Source of the DNA: Octopus sinensis
Taxonomy: Eukaryota
Direction of reading: 5' to 3'
Assembly: GCF_006345805.1 (NCBI RefSeq)
Contig: NC_042997.1
Location: 158,472,001 to 158,536,000 of the forward strand
Length of the DNA stretch: 64,000 nucleotides
This document shows, piece after piece, positions 1-14,469 of the stretch. The notes under the pieces are model-generated. The model ran no database searches, had not been told where the DNA came from, and worked only from the letters and a program-made list of their open reading frames with translations. How positions within the stretch are numbered: the stretch's first letter is position 1; each line of letters opens with the position of its first letter. The position numbers were made by a program, and so were the translations under genes.

Positions 1-2422
1 ATGCGTAGATGATAATTGAATTTCCTTCTTCAGCATTTATAACCCCATTCAATTTGAAACAGCAGTATTGTTAACATTCAACGAGATATTGAAAAATACA
101 TTTTCTTTATTATAAATATATGCGTGCTTTTAAGACTGTCCAATGTGTTGTAGTTGTTTCTACTGTTCTTTTTGTTGGACAATCCTCGCCTGTATTTCGT
201 TTTTATAAGGTTCAGCCGCTAACGCTCCAAAAGTAGTTATTACGGTTTTTTGTTTTCATTCAGTTACATTCAATATATTGATATTTTCAATTATTTCTTT
301 TTTTACCGCTCGACCTGCAAAAACTAAAAATGACATATTCAATAATGTAATATGACGGGATGATTTTGGTTGGAATGCCTTTCATCAAAGTCCGATCGAC
401 GAGGGTTGATCTGAGACTAAATCTATATAAAGCTGATGATGTCTGTGTATGGCAGGTTTGGTAGCCTTCAACTAACACTATCTCCTCCGAGATCCCGCGG
501 CACAAGTTGACCAAAATTGAGAGTATGTTAGAAGAAGGCTTGCTCTTTCTTCCGTAGAAGAAAAATTTCAAATCGGACCATGTTAACACCAAAAATTATT
601 TACATAAGAAAGGTGCTTTTTTTCTCTGAAAATCCCTATTTTTATGCTTTTTTGACTGCTGTGTCGCCATTTTTCGGTGTATTTCAACCAGAAAAATGTT
701 CACTTAAAGGGAATAGCAAGCTACATAATGCAAACTTTTTACTTTTCAAAAATTCCAATTCTAAAGGGTCGAAACAAACCCGAACAACGTCGGGTGATAC
801 TGCTAGTAACAGTATATAATTTAGCAACTAAATAAAGTGTGGATCCACAAAGTATTTTATTTATCCTTTCATTGGTGTTGCATTGTAGTGATGGCCCAAA
901 GTGTTGTCACTTAATGGCTCAGTTTAACCAGTTGGAAAGAAGTACCACCTGACTAGAACTGAATCATTGAAATCTGGAAATAGCGGCAATATTGTGCATT
1001 CCTTGTGTATGTCTTATAATAATTCTGCTTGTCACTCCGTTGATTAGCCCGTTTCTAACGTTCCCACATGGTTAGCTGAAGGTGGAAGGGAGGGGTAATG
1101 GGTGGGGAGAGAAAGGAAGGGTGAAGGTGAGGTATGGGAGGGATGGTGGAAATGAGGGAGAAGTGATAGTGAATGACATTTGTATTTTTTAACTAAGGGT
1201 TTTCCTCTGTTAATTAGCCCGTCTATAACGCTTTCACGTGATTAGTTGAAAGGAAAAGCGAAAGAAAAAGGAGAGAATACGAGAATAAGGCGAAAAATGA
1301 GGGAGAAAGCGGGAGAGTTTTGTGTATTAAGTCTATAAATGGTGCATGAAGTATGTATAAACTGTGTATATAAAGTGTATTAAGTAATCATCGTATTCCA
1401 ATTTTCTTCACTTTTCAGTGATTAGCAGAAACAACACAGGCTACGCTTTCAGTTTCTTTTTTAGATAAAGTTTTCAAAAATAACCAAATAAGTTTACCAT
1501 TATTTCCGTGAAATATTCACGGGTCCCGCTGGTTTCTATTAAAATAAATATATTTCGATTGGGAGAATGGTATGATAGAATAGTTTCTCCTGTTCAACGC
1601 TGCAAAATACAAAGTCTGGCATCAGTTACCTATATGTATGCTAAAAATGACTCAATGAACGTTAAGTATACTACGTGAATACATATTAAAGGGGCCGGTT
1701 AATTTGGGGCTATAGAAACTGAAAAGATGGTCTTGGAAGAGACAGATTAACCGGGCCAAGATAGAGAGGGAGATGTGTGTTTACGATGAATACCACCGTG
1801 ATAGAGATGTTGAAAGTATGTAGGAATCGGAGAGATTACACTTCTTGGGAATGGGACTTTATGTAGCGTGTTTTATAGATTGGCATGAATTCCTTAGAGA
1901 GAGAAAATTGAATAGTTTAGTGATGGTAAGAGCTAGCTCTGAACAGCATTACTTTAGAGTAATTGACGCAGTCGGGACCAATCGTGAAGAAATACGACAC
2001 ATGTTTGCAATTAGTGACAAAACGTGCGTGACAAAGAGACACAGAATTAGTTTGGAGGGATTTCATGTCTACTGTTCGAGGTGAATTAGAATGGACTGTG
2101 TGTCAGCATTTGGACAATAGTTTGAAGAATTGGGCAACACAAACACATACAGATCGGTACGCATATACAGACACGCATACATATATGGGGGATATATATA
2201 TATATATATATGGAGGAGGGTTGCTTGTGTGATGCGTGTGTACATATAGAGAGTAAACGAGAGAGAAAGGGAGGGAAATACATGCATACATGGGCATAAA
2301 TCTAACGTGATAGCGTGTGTAAAGCCACCATGTTTTAGACGACAATTCTAATTCCATAACCGATTGGTTTACACTAAAACAGGACAGATAAATTGCCTGA
2401 ATAATACGCAGTTTCTAAAACG

Positions 2423-2532
<110 letters not shown>

Positions 2533-2925
2533 ATATATAATGTTTGTATGTAAACGTATACATATATGAACATGATTCAATAAATAATATGTAAATGTGT
2601 GTTTATTTTATCCAAGTTCAGTGTCTGCTTCTGAAATTCGCTCCATGTGGTTATGTATGTATATGTTGTCAGGAAAAGGAAGCGAGGGACAAAACCAATG
2701 TGTTGAGCTAAAATACTCTGCATTCAACTCCAACCATGTTTTAACCATATATGCGGTGGTTGACTTTTCTTCCGTCTCTTACATGGCTAATAAGATTTGT
2801 ACCAAATAAAGCACTGGGTCGATATAATTAGCTGAATCCTTTAAAGGGTCCAATGGCTGCATCAAGTAAATAAAAACTAATTTTCATATGTGTTTTTTCG
2901 TTTTTAGATATGCATGTATACCTAT

Positions 2926-2965
<40 letters not shown>

Positions 2966-3859
2966 CATAGAGACAGAGAGAGAAAGGGAGGGAGATAGAG
3001 AAAGACATACATACGTATACACACAAACGTATATGCATATATATGTGAAAATATGTTTATAAATGTACGTGTGTGCATATATGTGTGTACCTTTATATAT
3101 ATAAGTGTGTGTGCGTGCGTGTGTAAATGTATGAGAAAGAGAAATAGAAACAAAGACAGATAGTGAAAGAGCAACATCGTAGTGTGAATGATTATATAAT
3201 TTTTGATAGCTTAGGCAGAAGACTACACAATTTGGTGGTGATATTTCCTTTTCCTAAAACTGGAAAGGGCTTCTGTATGTTTCCTTAGAAAACAATATTC
3301 AATGCTCTAAAGAAAGGTGACGGTGCCACAGTTTCTAATATAGGTGATGATGAGCCGGGATGTATAGGAAGTCCACCTTATTGCTCTACATAACTGCAAT
3401 TTGTAATCTATAAATGCTGAAAATGAAATTTGACATTGGTTTACTTGAATTTAGAACGTAAATACTGATCTATAAATAAGGTAAAGGATTTTGTTCCAAC
3501 TCTCTACTGAACCTGCCAATCCAGAAACATTGTTCTTTCTTCAGTATAATTATTATAAATGCATCGACGTTGACTCAAGTATCAATCAAAGTGAAATATA
3601 AGAGGACCCTCATTGACTATAACCAAAAATCTGTAATAAATTCTTTTCTTCAAATATGCGATCCTCGAGTACAGCCATACTTATTTATATGTTTTTTAAG
3701 AAATTGACGTAATATCGCTGCAAATTTTAAATCGAACAAAACACATAAATCACAAAAACTGGAAAAAATACACAAGTAATAAAAGTGACATGACTATTAT
3801 TTTTATTGTTTTTTCCAGTAGCTTTTGTTTAAAAGATAGTCAGCGAAGCCAAAGCAGCA

Positions 3860-4400
3860 GTTAAACAAAGGTCATTGTTCAAAAGTCTGATTAATCATCT
3901 GATTCTCAAAATAACATCAGCCATTCTTCTTGCTTTAGCTTTTTATCTGCGTCCCTTCCTGTAATTCCATCTTCATTTCAACTATCAATGTTGTCTGTAT
4001 TTGGATTCTGATCAATCCACAGAAGGTTTACCTCTGTTGCATTCAATTTATTATCGTTGTCATTCTTTTAAAGGGTCTTGGAATCCATATTCTCAGCTAC
4101 TTTAACCCAAGCTATCATTCTAGGTGGAAATAGTAGCAAGGCCAGGCATCCTGTTGATTTGTTTTACACTTTGTTAGATAATATTCATGATTTCAAATAT
4201 TTCTTTACTTTATTCTTCAATGGCTTTTAATTAAAACAAAAGTAAACAAAATCATATGTCAAACCATATGTGATTTAACTTGAGTTTTCTTAACATTCAG
4301 TACGTATAGCTAGCTCAGGAAAATAGGTTCAAAATAGATATCACACTTCGATTCCATGTTTCGATAAAAGACCTCCCAGTCGATTAGCCATAAACTTTTT
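3860..4400 (-). pseudogene. Highly decayed RTE-like LINE ORF2 C-terminal remnant
   Basis: Minus-strand translation NKLNATEVNLLWIDQ...DKKLKQEEW loosely resembles the RTE post-RT region (KLEAxEMxxLRRI...IKQRRLxW). Many stops are present. Confidence 0.3.
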
Positions 4401-5742
4401 CAGTAATAAATTAAAGTCTCTCTATCCATCCCGTTTCTACAACGACGTAAAGCAATAAACATATTCTAAAAGACATGATTCTATCTTAGAATGTCTTTCT
4501 TTGTAAAATAACCATGGGATTTACATTTTTATGTTAGCTAAACTAGGAGTAGCTGTAGGAAAATGCTTCTTGTTACACTAGCTTTGTTATACTAAAACAG
4601 TGACTTTACTTCCTATTTTATCCAGTGTCCTGTTGCCTGGTATGCATAAAAAGCAACTCATCATCAATGGTTCTAATTTAACTGACTTCACAGTCATAAT
4701 ATATTCCTAGATTTAGTATAGTTATTAAACTACACAATCATAACATCCAAAACAGCAGCAAACTTCTGTATAATTTTGGATTTAAGTTTTTCTATGGAGA
4801 GTTAGGAAAATTACTTCCAGCATAATCTCTGCGCCATGCATTCGAAATTGTGTAAGAGATTGTCTCCATAATTCTCATCTATTATTGTGTTTAATTGTTA
4901 CATTACATGCAATGCTGTTACCATATATCTGTCTTTTGTTTTGTTTTCTACTTATTCAAAGGATTACAGACTAGCTTACCACATAATGATGTTTGCTGTT
5001 TATGCTTTTCTACAGTTTGTGTTAAACTGTTTTCATAGATTTATTTTGCTTTAAACAACATCAAATACATTTTATTTTAAGTTCAACTACAGAAGACTAG
5101 TTTATTTCAGTAAGGTAACTCCCACGTTTTTAACTGTAACCATTTAAAGGAAATAAACAACACAATCTATTTACTCAAACACACTCATCACTGCAGTTGT
5201 AATAGAATCAACAAATGACATCTGATGTAGACACTACGCTTATGGTGTTCCATTGAGGCAATTAATAACTTATATACGTTTGCTTTTACATGTCTCATGA
5301 CCACCGCCTTTGCTAGCGTCGTTTTCACAGTTTGTTGCAGCAGTAACCTTTTTCTTACACTAGAGTACAATGCTGACTACCAGTTCTGTCCTTGATATTT
5401 GCATTTAATTTCTCACATTATGCACAAGTAGATACGTCACATAATATTTCAGCATGATCTTATATAATTTTCTGATTTCCCAAACTGTTTGTTTTCCGAA
5501 TATCTCCTGTAATATTTATATGTAATCTTACAATATGATATCACTTCATCGGTGATGAGGATGTCAACAACAACAACAACAACAACTATAATAATAATAA
5601 TATTAATAATAATAATTACACGGATATTTGCAGAGGTGTTCTATTAATTAGTCGCAATGCTAAGGCGCAGACATTTTTGACGCTGCGTGGGTGTCGACAC
5701 AAGAGCAAATATATATGTGTGCATGTATGTGTATATGGAAGA

Positions 5743-5838
<96 letters not shown>

Positions 5839-6699
5839 TATATACACACACACACATATATATATACACACATATATATATATACACATATATGTATATG
5901 TGTGCGTGTATGTGTATACATATATAATATACATACATAAGCAGTTCACACATGTATTCCCTTAAGCACATGCGCACAGACATATCTATGTAGATGCTTG
6001 TGCGGTGAGTATGTGTGAGTGTATATGTATGTATGTGTGTGCATGTGTTTGCATGCTTATAGGTATACGTATTTAAGATAGAATCCTGTCAACTGCACTA
6101 GCTAACTACTAAGACGAATTATTAAAATGCGTGATGGAAGCTAGAAAACTGTTCATTTCGTTCTTAGATAGTTGTTAACTAATGAGATTAAAATGATAAC
6201 ATTTTGCAAATGAAATATCATTGCCATCATCACTAAAGCGTTTTGAAACGGATGTTTCTGTTAACCTCGTTGTCATTTTTTCCCTCCATAACATTCTCCT
6301 GAACTTAGACTTTTTATTATCAGTAAAATTATTAACAAAGGAAATACTGTATCCCTTTGTGTATGCTATATCACATACTATAATAGATATTCGATATCAC
6401 AAAGGGAAATATCTGCAGCTATTTTTAAGTTATTATAACTGGATTTCTGGAGAAAGATTACAGACAATATGATAGACATTGAACTCTGACCTTTTGTTTT
6501 ACCAGACGGTTTTTTAGTAGTTTTCGAGTCTACAGCGAAGCCACATGTTGATAATTTGACCTGCTAGAAAAGACAGCAAAATCTCCTTTAAATTATGTCC
6601 TACATTCTCAAAAAATTGCTAATTATATTGGGAAATGTAGCTGAAGGTACTCTGCATGCAAATACTGTGATGAGTATAATGCTTTCAATTATCAGTGTA

Positions 6700-6920
6700 T
6701 CACTGTATCAACCAGGCTAATAAATACTGCTCTAAACCGCTTGCTCGCATTTCTGTAGCTTTTGAATATTACCGACTTCACTGGCTAGATGGCCAGGCTA
6801 ACGTTCACACCGAGCGAAATAGCAGTCCGTCGCTGTGAGGGAGAAGGTCACCTATTTAAAGCAGAGTGAACTGGAGTAACGTGAAGTAAAGCACCGCTAG
6901 TCTGGGAATCGAAACCAAAA
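6700..6920 (-). mobile_element. tRNA-derived SINE remnant (related to the 13851 family)
   Basis: GTGAACTGGAGTAACGTGAAGTAAAG is the reverse complement of the body motif CTTTATTCCACGTTGTTCCAGTTCAC in the 13851 SINE. A B-box-like GGGAATCGAAAC is at the right end. Confidence 0.5.
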
Positions 6921-9530
6921 TCTCATGTGCAACACTCTAATATCTGGGCTACGTACTTTCAATTAGAGGCTCACTTCATGAGGGCTGACCTAAACCTAAG
7001 TAACACCACCACCACCACCACCACCACCAATTACAACAACAACAACAACAATTGTTCGAGTGTTCTATCAAATGATACTAAGATACTCAACTTTAGGAGT
7101 CAACATGCTAAAACACTCAAGCCGAACTTCTCATTGTTTATTTTTATTTATTTACTGCTGTATTATAATATTCATGGCGGAAATATTATGTATTCATAAC
7201 AAATAAATTTATGTTTAGCTTTATGTATACGAAAGAAAATAGGTTGTCTCCAAAGAGAAAATATAAAGCGAAACAAGAGAAAAGAAATAAATAACCATCT
7301 TTTTATTATATTCCAGCAAGAATGTTGCCGTTCCAGAGATGTAAAATATTTTGGAGAAAGTCCATACAAAATAAGTACTTGTCTCAAGAGACTTTCCATT
7401 TTCCAATACAATTCTGCTTCAACGAGTATCTAACTAATCTAATTGTGCTTGAACCTGTTTCTTCACTAACTACCAATGAAGTAGAGCAGTAGGTTCTCTC
7501 TACGAAGGTTTGACAAAAGAGAAAAAGAGAGAGGGAGAGAGAGAGAGAGTGAGAGAGAGAAATCGGGAGAGAAAATGAGGAGAGAAAGCGAGAGAGAGAG
7601 TACTTGGTCGTTCGACTTACTTGAAAGAGCAACTAAATTCTTTGCAAACGACAATCCAGTGCATTAAAAATGATACACAAGATCATTTAATATGGGATGC
7701 ACTACGCCTACAAATTTTTTTGATAATAGTTGGGCAAAATAGCATCTATAGTAACAGCAACAACAATGGTAACTGGTTTTAAATTTATGAGATTACTACC
7801 AATGATATTTGCATCTTCTCATAGATTCGTGATTCTCTTAGATGGACCTTTTGAACATATGAAGATCGGGGAACATAGGACTCAGTTAGATCCAACTTTC
7901 CACCCCTTGTCACTAGAAATGAATTTACTCAAATTTACTCAAATCCGCAATTGCCCCCAACATACAATATCTTGAACCTCTTTTCACATTTTATTCGTTT
8001 CCACTGCCACTTTAATAGGGATTTCCAGTTCAATATTATTTTGGACTGAATGTGCCAAGCATTGCTCTTACATGATTTCTACCAACTCGTCATGACAGCA
8101 TAAGTGAGCCCGTGACTCATATTCACCCGCCTCTTAACTGGACTGCTTTCTTACTCTCAAGTCATCCTGTAAGCTAGCTGTATCCTCTTTCACAGCATCA
8201 TCTCCAGTCCAGTTTCTCCTGAGTTGTTCACTTTACCCCTCTCTTTATCTTTCTTCCCTTTCAAAAGAGAGAGTGAGGAGAGAGTATCTGCATGGTTTGG
8301 TCAGGAGTTTTCTTGATTGTAATCACAACCGACGGAGGGTTCTGCACTTTCTCCTGCCATGAATGCCATATTTTCCCCATCATCTCTCTAAAGACATTTC
8401 TAGCAAGTGAAGGGTCAAACAGACCGACGACATCCCCTCGTGAAACATTCAAAACATGTAATGTACTGTGCATGAGCGAGAAAGCCACTATTTCTGTGAT
8501 CGGTACGAAGATAGTGTATAGGATACGCTTAAACACGGAAATCCGTTAATTCCGTCAACAAACTAACCACCTCTCATTCTTCTCCAGCATAAAGACTGGA
8601 TTGCCTACCCCATTAATGCAAAGAAAAATATCTCATTATTGGTTGTTAAGTCTCTGTGCTGCAGAATATGAATATTCAACTCCCTATCGTTCCTAATGCT
8701 CAGCTGTCGATCAAAGTAAATATGCAAAGTTGGGGAAACCTCATATGTCGCTTACAAGAGAAGAGCCTACCATTGAATATATGTTAACGTTGGTTGAACA
8801 TGTATAATTGCGATGAAGTCACGCAGCTCTTTATGTATCTGTATAATGTATAAGTGTGAACGTGTAAAGGGTGTTTATATTAATGTGTAACTTCAACTAC
8901 TGGACAAATAATTTTGCTATTCTAAAGTAAGAATATCTTTAAGGGGCTCTAAAATAATTTAGCTTTTTCTAGGTTCATTGTTCTTTGTATCCCGTTACCT
9001 TTACTTATTCTTTCCCGCATACCCACACTCATTACTCGTACTTCGCATTTTCTTTTTTAATTGGCCACAACTCATCTCTAATTCTTAACTTATTTCTTAT
9101 TCTCTTATGTCGCACCATAGGTATTTTGACCATTTTTATCAATACATTTATTCTTTGGCGTCCTCTTCACATCCTTGTAAATAATCTATGCGTGCTTTAT
9201 TGATAATTCTATATTCCAAGGATATTAATGAAAGGATATCTATTCATGTAACCTGTATTTTTCTTCTCACTATCACACACACACTTTCATTAATCCAAAC
9301 CCCATATATCTTTGAAGTATTTAAGAAGCGTACAACAAAGTCGGGGTATTTTGTTTTCTTTTAGTGCATGACTACATACAGTCACCCGATACACAATAAA
9401 TAGGAACCAAATTTCCCTCAAATCACACCATTTCATCATTAATTAGGAAACAATATATTGGACAAAGTGGCTATATATAAATACATACACACAAACACAC
9501 AAACACACACACTTTATAAATATATATATA

Positions 9531-10710
9531 TCGGGTCATCCCATAAATAATGCAGTTTTTTTTTAAATGCATGAACTAAAAGTCAGAGTGAGAGGGGATA
9601 AACTGTCTGAATCACGTTGCTATAAAAGTAGGTAGTAATTTTACCTTGTCCTTATTCTTAGTGCAAATTTTGAGGAGTGAGGTTCGATTTTAACAGTTAT
9701 TTTTTCAAAGCTATAATGAAAGTGAGCAAGGAGCACTTTGACATATTTTGCTTTATGAGTTCAATAAAGACAACATCGCAACGGAAAGCGTGAGCAATAT
9801 CAATGCATTATATGGGAATTGGACAATAAGCGTAAGCTAGGGTAAATGGTGGTTCCAGAAATTCCGAGCCGCAAACTACAGCCTACAAGAAAAGCCTCGC
9901 CCTGGAAGATCTGTAGAGCTCGACGAGGACGTCCTGCAAACCCCATCGTAACTGTTGAGGAACTAGCAGAGAAACCTGGATCTGCTCATTCAACCATTCA
10001 TTGACACCTGTGTGCCATCGGAAAAGTCAGCTAATTGGGTCAATGTGTTTCTCACAAACTTTCCGAGTTTAATCGCGCTCAGAGAGTGAATGTGTGCTCT
10101 TCTTTGCTGTCACGTCTCACGAATGAATCTTTTTTTCTTGACCGAATAGTGACTAGTGACACGAAATGGGTTCTCTATAAAATGTCAAGCACTTAGACGG
10201 TGGGTAGGGAAAGGAGAACACCGGCACCCCAAGCTAAAGAAGATCTTCATCCACTAAACGATAATCAATAGAGATCTACTGCGAGCAGCTTGAACGGCTT
10301 TGAATAAAAGTGACCATCTTTGGTTTCAAGACGAACGGTGTTCATCCATCAGAATAATGCTCAGTCACATACAGTGAGTATGACATTCCAAAGACTGGAG
10401 CAGTTTGAATAGGAAACTATACCCCACCCACAATATACACCAGATATTGTCCCATCTGATTATCGTTTATTCCGCAGACTTTAAAATTATTTGGACGGAA
10501 AAATTCTGTAGACGAAGTCAGAACAGTACTGGGGAAGTATTTTTCGTCAAGGAGAAGCGAAGTTTTGGAAGAGGAGCCTTGCAAGTCTACCAGATAGATG
10601 GAAGAGCATGTAGAAAATGAATGGGAGTATATTTTAGAATAAAAAAGAACTTTGTCTTAATTTTGAAAAATAAAAGGAGTATTAAAAAACCGCATTATTT
10701 ATGAGATGAC

Positions 10711-10714
<4 letters not shown>
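9531..10714 (+). mobile_element. Mariner (DD34D) DNA transposon, full length but inactivated
   Basis: ~30-bp TIRs TCGGGTCATCCCATAAATAATGCAGTTTTT (9531) and AAAAAACCGCATTATTTATGAGATGACCCAA (ends 10714), flanked by TA. Transposase remnants: HILLYEFNK, WFQKFRAANYSLQEKPRPGR, DRIVTSDTKW, HQNNAQSH, QYTPDIVPSDY. Frameshifts and stops are present. Confidence 0.92.
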
Positions 10715-10763
<49 letters not shown>

Positions 10764-11099
10764 CATTTACTACTTTTCTAAGAGTGATTACTATTTCTTC
10801 CTACACGTTACTTATTAGTTTTTGCTTTTCCCGCTCCCTCTTTGGCCGCTATTTTACCTTCTCTTACATTGAGTGTTAACTCTTTCGACCTCCCTTGCTA
10901 ATTATAACTTAAGTCCTTTTGTTAACTTTCGAAATAACCTATCACTTCAGCACAACATTTTACTTCTCACTCACCATGTAATTCCTTCATCTCAGTTCTT
11001 CCATTGTTTACATTTGTCAACACCACACCCTCGCTTTTCCTTCCTCCTAGATGAAGGGAAATGTCAGAATCAATAGAGTCTTCACTTTTCACGTCAGCT

Positions 11100-12200
11100 G
11101 AACTTATCGAACTTTTATATGAATTCACCTATGAACTAATTGTTGCTGACAGAAAACAACCGAAATATTTGCAAGGATTCCGGATTTTAACCTTTTCAAA
11201 TTATTACAGTTAAACTTACAGACTTAAACCTTGTAAGCGATAGATATATTCTTATTTTCAAAGAAATATACACGCATAAAATAAAACAAAAAGCAGAAAG
11301 AAAAGCACCAACAGAATTACTGAAATTGTTTATTAAACCTCGTCATCTCAAATGAAGCTGAAATAAACCAATATCATATTGAACCTATGTTCAACACATC
11401 ACTATAAGCCATTGTCTTCAAAGTAGCAACTACACTGGTTGAATTGCTCGGCAAGGAGTATTAGATGCATTATCTATCTGAAAAGATGGCAAGAATTTAT
11501 TTACTTTTATTGTTTTCATTTGGTGAACTATAGTATCGATTATAGTCTAACATTATTTCATTGATCTAAATGAATTATAGCGCTTGTAGCTAAGCCTACA
11601 AGTGCTTTTGGAAAACTTGGCCTTCGTTTGTTGGATGAACACGATGTCAATCTAAAAATTAGATAGTAATGTATACAAATCTTGTATTTTGAGCACACTT
11701 TTGTATGAGGTACAAACGTGAACCCCCTACTATAGACATATAAAGAAATATGAAGCCTCTCACATGTGTTATTTGCGCAACATGTGCAACATAAAATAGC
11801 TAGATAAGATATACAATACCAAAATCTTAGTAAAACGTGATATCTCCAGTATTCAAAGAATACTGATGAGAATTCAGTGCAGATGGGTAGGACAGGTTGT
11901 TCGAGTGAAAAATGTCCGCATTCCGAAAGTTCTTCTGTATGGCTAACAAGTAGCGGGATATCGCAGCAAATGAAGAGCTAAAATCTCCATAGCTTAATCT
12001 CACATCTTGGGAAAGTCATTGCGTAGATCAATCTGCATGGCGTGAAATGTGCCACGATGCATCCAAATAAATTGAGTTGAAGAAAAAGAACAATAGAAGA
12101 ACTATATCCCACAACAATCAGACACACTTGCCCGATCCCAGGTAAAATGAAAATCATCAATGACCCCATGGCGACTTCTTAGAAAAATGTATACCTGGAC
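11100..12200 (+). pseudogene. RTE-clade LINE 3' remnant
   Basis: Broken translations VYKSCILSTLLYEVQT*TPYYRHIKKYEASHMCYLRNMCNIK, IQCRWVGQVVRVKNVRIPKVLLYG and WESHCVDQSAWREMCHDA match the RTE/BovB post-RT signature. Confidence 0.75.
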
Positions 12201-13375
12201 TAAAATTACATTGACGCATCCATTACAAATAGAGGCACTACTTAGTGTTATATTTTCTTTAACTTTAAGTCCTCTCCTTCGAACACTCATAGTGGAAACC
12301 CTCGCGTGCGACAGTCATATGAGTGTGTGTGTGTGTGTCGCAATAATAAAGGATACAAAGAGAAGCCTTAAAAAGTAAATTTTAAAAAATAATTTTTATT
12401 ACAGGAAAAGGTTCGAGAGAAAGAAAGTTCCAAAGTAACCTAAGACTTAATGGAGGTCAGATGGACTGAAGGGATGGATAGCTATAGTAAGGAAATCAGT
12501 ATTTATAACTTAAGAATGTATTACGTAATTGTTACTAACAAGTCATAAAATTAGCACTGTATTTGTTATCTCAATCATCACATTGCATCATAGTAATAAT
12601 TTCAGCAACGCACAGCAGCGCACACCTGTAACTATATCCTCTGTACGGTCTAACATGTGTAACAATAAAGCATTTTATATAATCAGATCCACTGAATTCC
12701 GCTTCAAACCATGTATAACCTAAGACAAAGAGGCACAATTTGCTCTAGCCCCCAAGGAAAATCTTGAGTGGTGGTTATGTAATCTTGCCCTGAAATTGGT
12801 ATTGTACGCGCCGAAAATGACAAATGTAGACCGATTTATAGATATCGTGTAGTCGTACAAAATATTCTTGGCAAGGCATTTATTGTCCAATATGCTGGAG
12901 GTTGGGTATTTGAAGCTACACTGTTTCGTCGCGGTCGCTTGAGACGTATTAAGAGGAAACCTGTCCTGAACACTATATGAGTATTAAAAGGGCTACCTGA
13001 ACTAATATCACGCGGTGCTGCGAAGTTAGTAGTGAGGCAACTATCCGGATGATTGAAGTGATAGTTTTTTATTGCAGATGACATCATTTCAATCATCCAC
13101 TATATTGTCACTCAGTATCACGGTTGGCTATGTGCAGGGAGCGGTGAACCTAATATATCTGATCGTAGAATTCCTGTGCATGGTTAGTATACTACTAATC
13201 TTTCTACTGCTATGCATATCTAGATTTAGTAATTTAGTAATTTTCTATTATTTAGATGAAGTATACCGTCTGGTATGTACTATGCATATAAATAGGACAT
13301 TTTGACGTATTGAGTTGAATATTTTTCTAAATCTACTAGATTTAGAGAAGTGTTTTCCTAACAAAATGTGTATTT

Positions 13376-13751
13376 ATATATATATATATGATATATATAT
13401 TGATATATATATATGATATATATATATGATATATATATATGATATATATATATATGATATATATATATGATATATATATATATAATATATATATATATAT
13501 TATATATATATGATATATATATATGATATATATATATATATATATATATGATATATATATATATATATATATGATATATATATATATTATATATATATAT
13601 ATATATGATATATATATATATATGATATATATATATATATATGATATATATATATGAATATATATATATATATATAATATATATGATATATATATATATG
13701 ATATATTCTAAGTTATATATATATATGATATATATATATGATGTATATATA

Positions 13752-13786
<35 letters not shown>

Positions 13787-13802
13787 ATATATATATATGA
13801 TA

Positions 13803-13846
<44 letters not shown>
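13376..13846. repeat. (TA)n array punctuated by G (TATATATATGA-like units)
   Basis: ~470 bp read directly from the sequence. Confidence 0.95.
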
Positions 13847-13849
<3 letters not shown>

Positions 13850-13850
13850 G

Positions 13851-14188
13851 GTGAAGGCGCATGGCTCAGTGGTTAGAGCGTCGAGCTTACGATCATGAGG
13901 TTGTGAGCTCGAATCTTGGACCGGGATGCGTGTTGTGTTCTTGAGCAAGACACTTTATTCCACGTTGTTCCAGTTCACTCAGCTGTAGAAATGAGTTGCG
14001 ACGTCACAGGTGCCAAGTTGTATCGGCCTTTGCCTTTTCCTTGGATAACACTGGTGTCGTGGAGAGGAGGACGGTATGCATGGGCGACTGCTGGTCTTCT
14101 ATAAACAAAATTGCCCGGACTTGTGCCTGGGAGGGTAACTTTCTAGGAGCAATCCCATTGTCTGTGTCGTAACCGAAGGGGGACTCAG
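13851..14188 (+). mobile_element. tRNA-derived SINE
   Basis: A box TGGCTCAGTGG (13862), B-box-like GCTCGAATC (13907), body TGTGTTCTTGAGCAAGACACTT, 3' end TCGTAACCGA shared with the 62576 SINE. Confidence 0.88.
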
Positions 14189-14469
14189 AATATATAATAT
14201 ACATATATATATTTTTAAAAAATTACAATAACATAACAAACGGAAATATTACAAAAATATAACAAACAGTAAAATCTTGTCTTGTTTCTTATCAGTCAAT
14301 GTCTAAAAGATCACTACAATTTTGCGCCTATAACGTTGATATTATTCCCTCTTGGTGGCGCAAGTGACAAAAATCCACACGCAATAGCTAACGAATGTAC
14401 ACGACAATGATGAAAAGAAACATGACAAAATAAATCATAGATTTACAACAAAAATATCAAGCTCAAATA

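Noticed and set aside
287-819. ORFs 287-592 (-) and 580-819 (+)
   Set aside because: No recognisable domain, splice context or transposase motif.
1041-1250. ~45-bp direct repeat (TTAGCCCGTTTCTAACG / TTAGCCCGTCTATAACG) flanking a purine tract, considered as tandem minus-strand hammerheads
   Set aside because: There is no CUGANGA core and stem III does not pair; at most a decayed PLE end.
7640-8700. Complex sequence with ORFs 7730-7975, 8261-8536 and 8292-8549, considered as a Gypsy, hAT or L1 remnant
   Set aside because: Only vague motif resemblances that conflict between frames; no assignment is supportable without a search.
13851-13920. tRNA-like heads at 13851, 22914 and 62576 as tRNA genes
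   Set aside because: Acceptor and anticodon stems do not close, and each continues into a shared SINE body.
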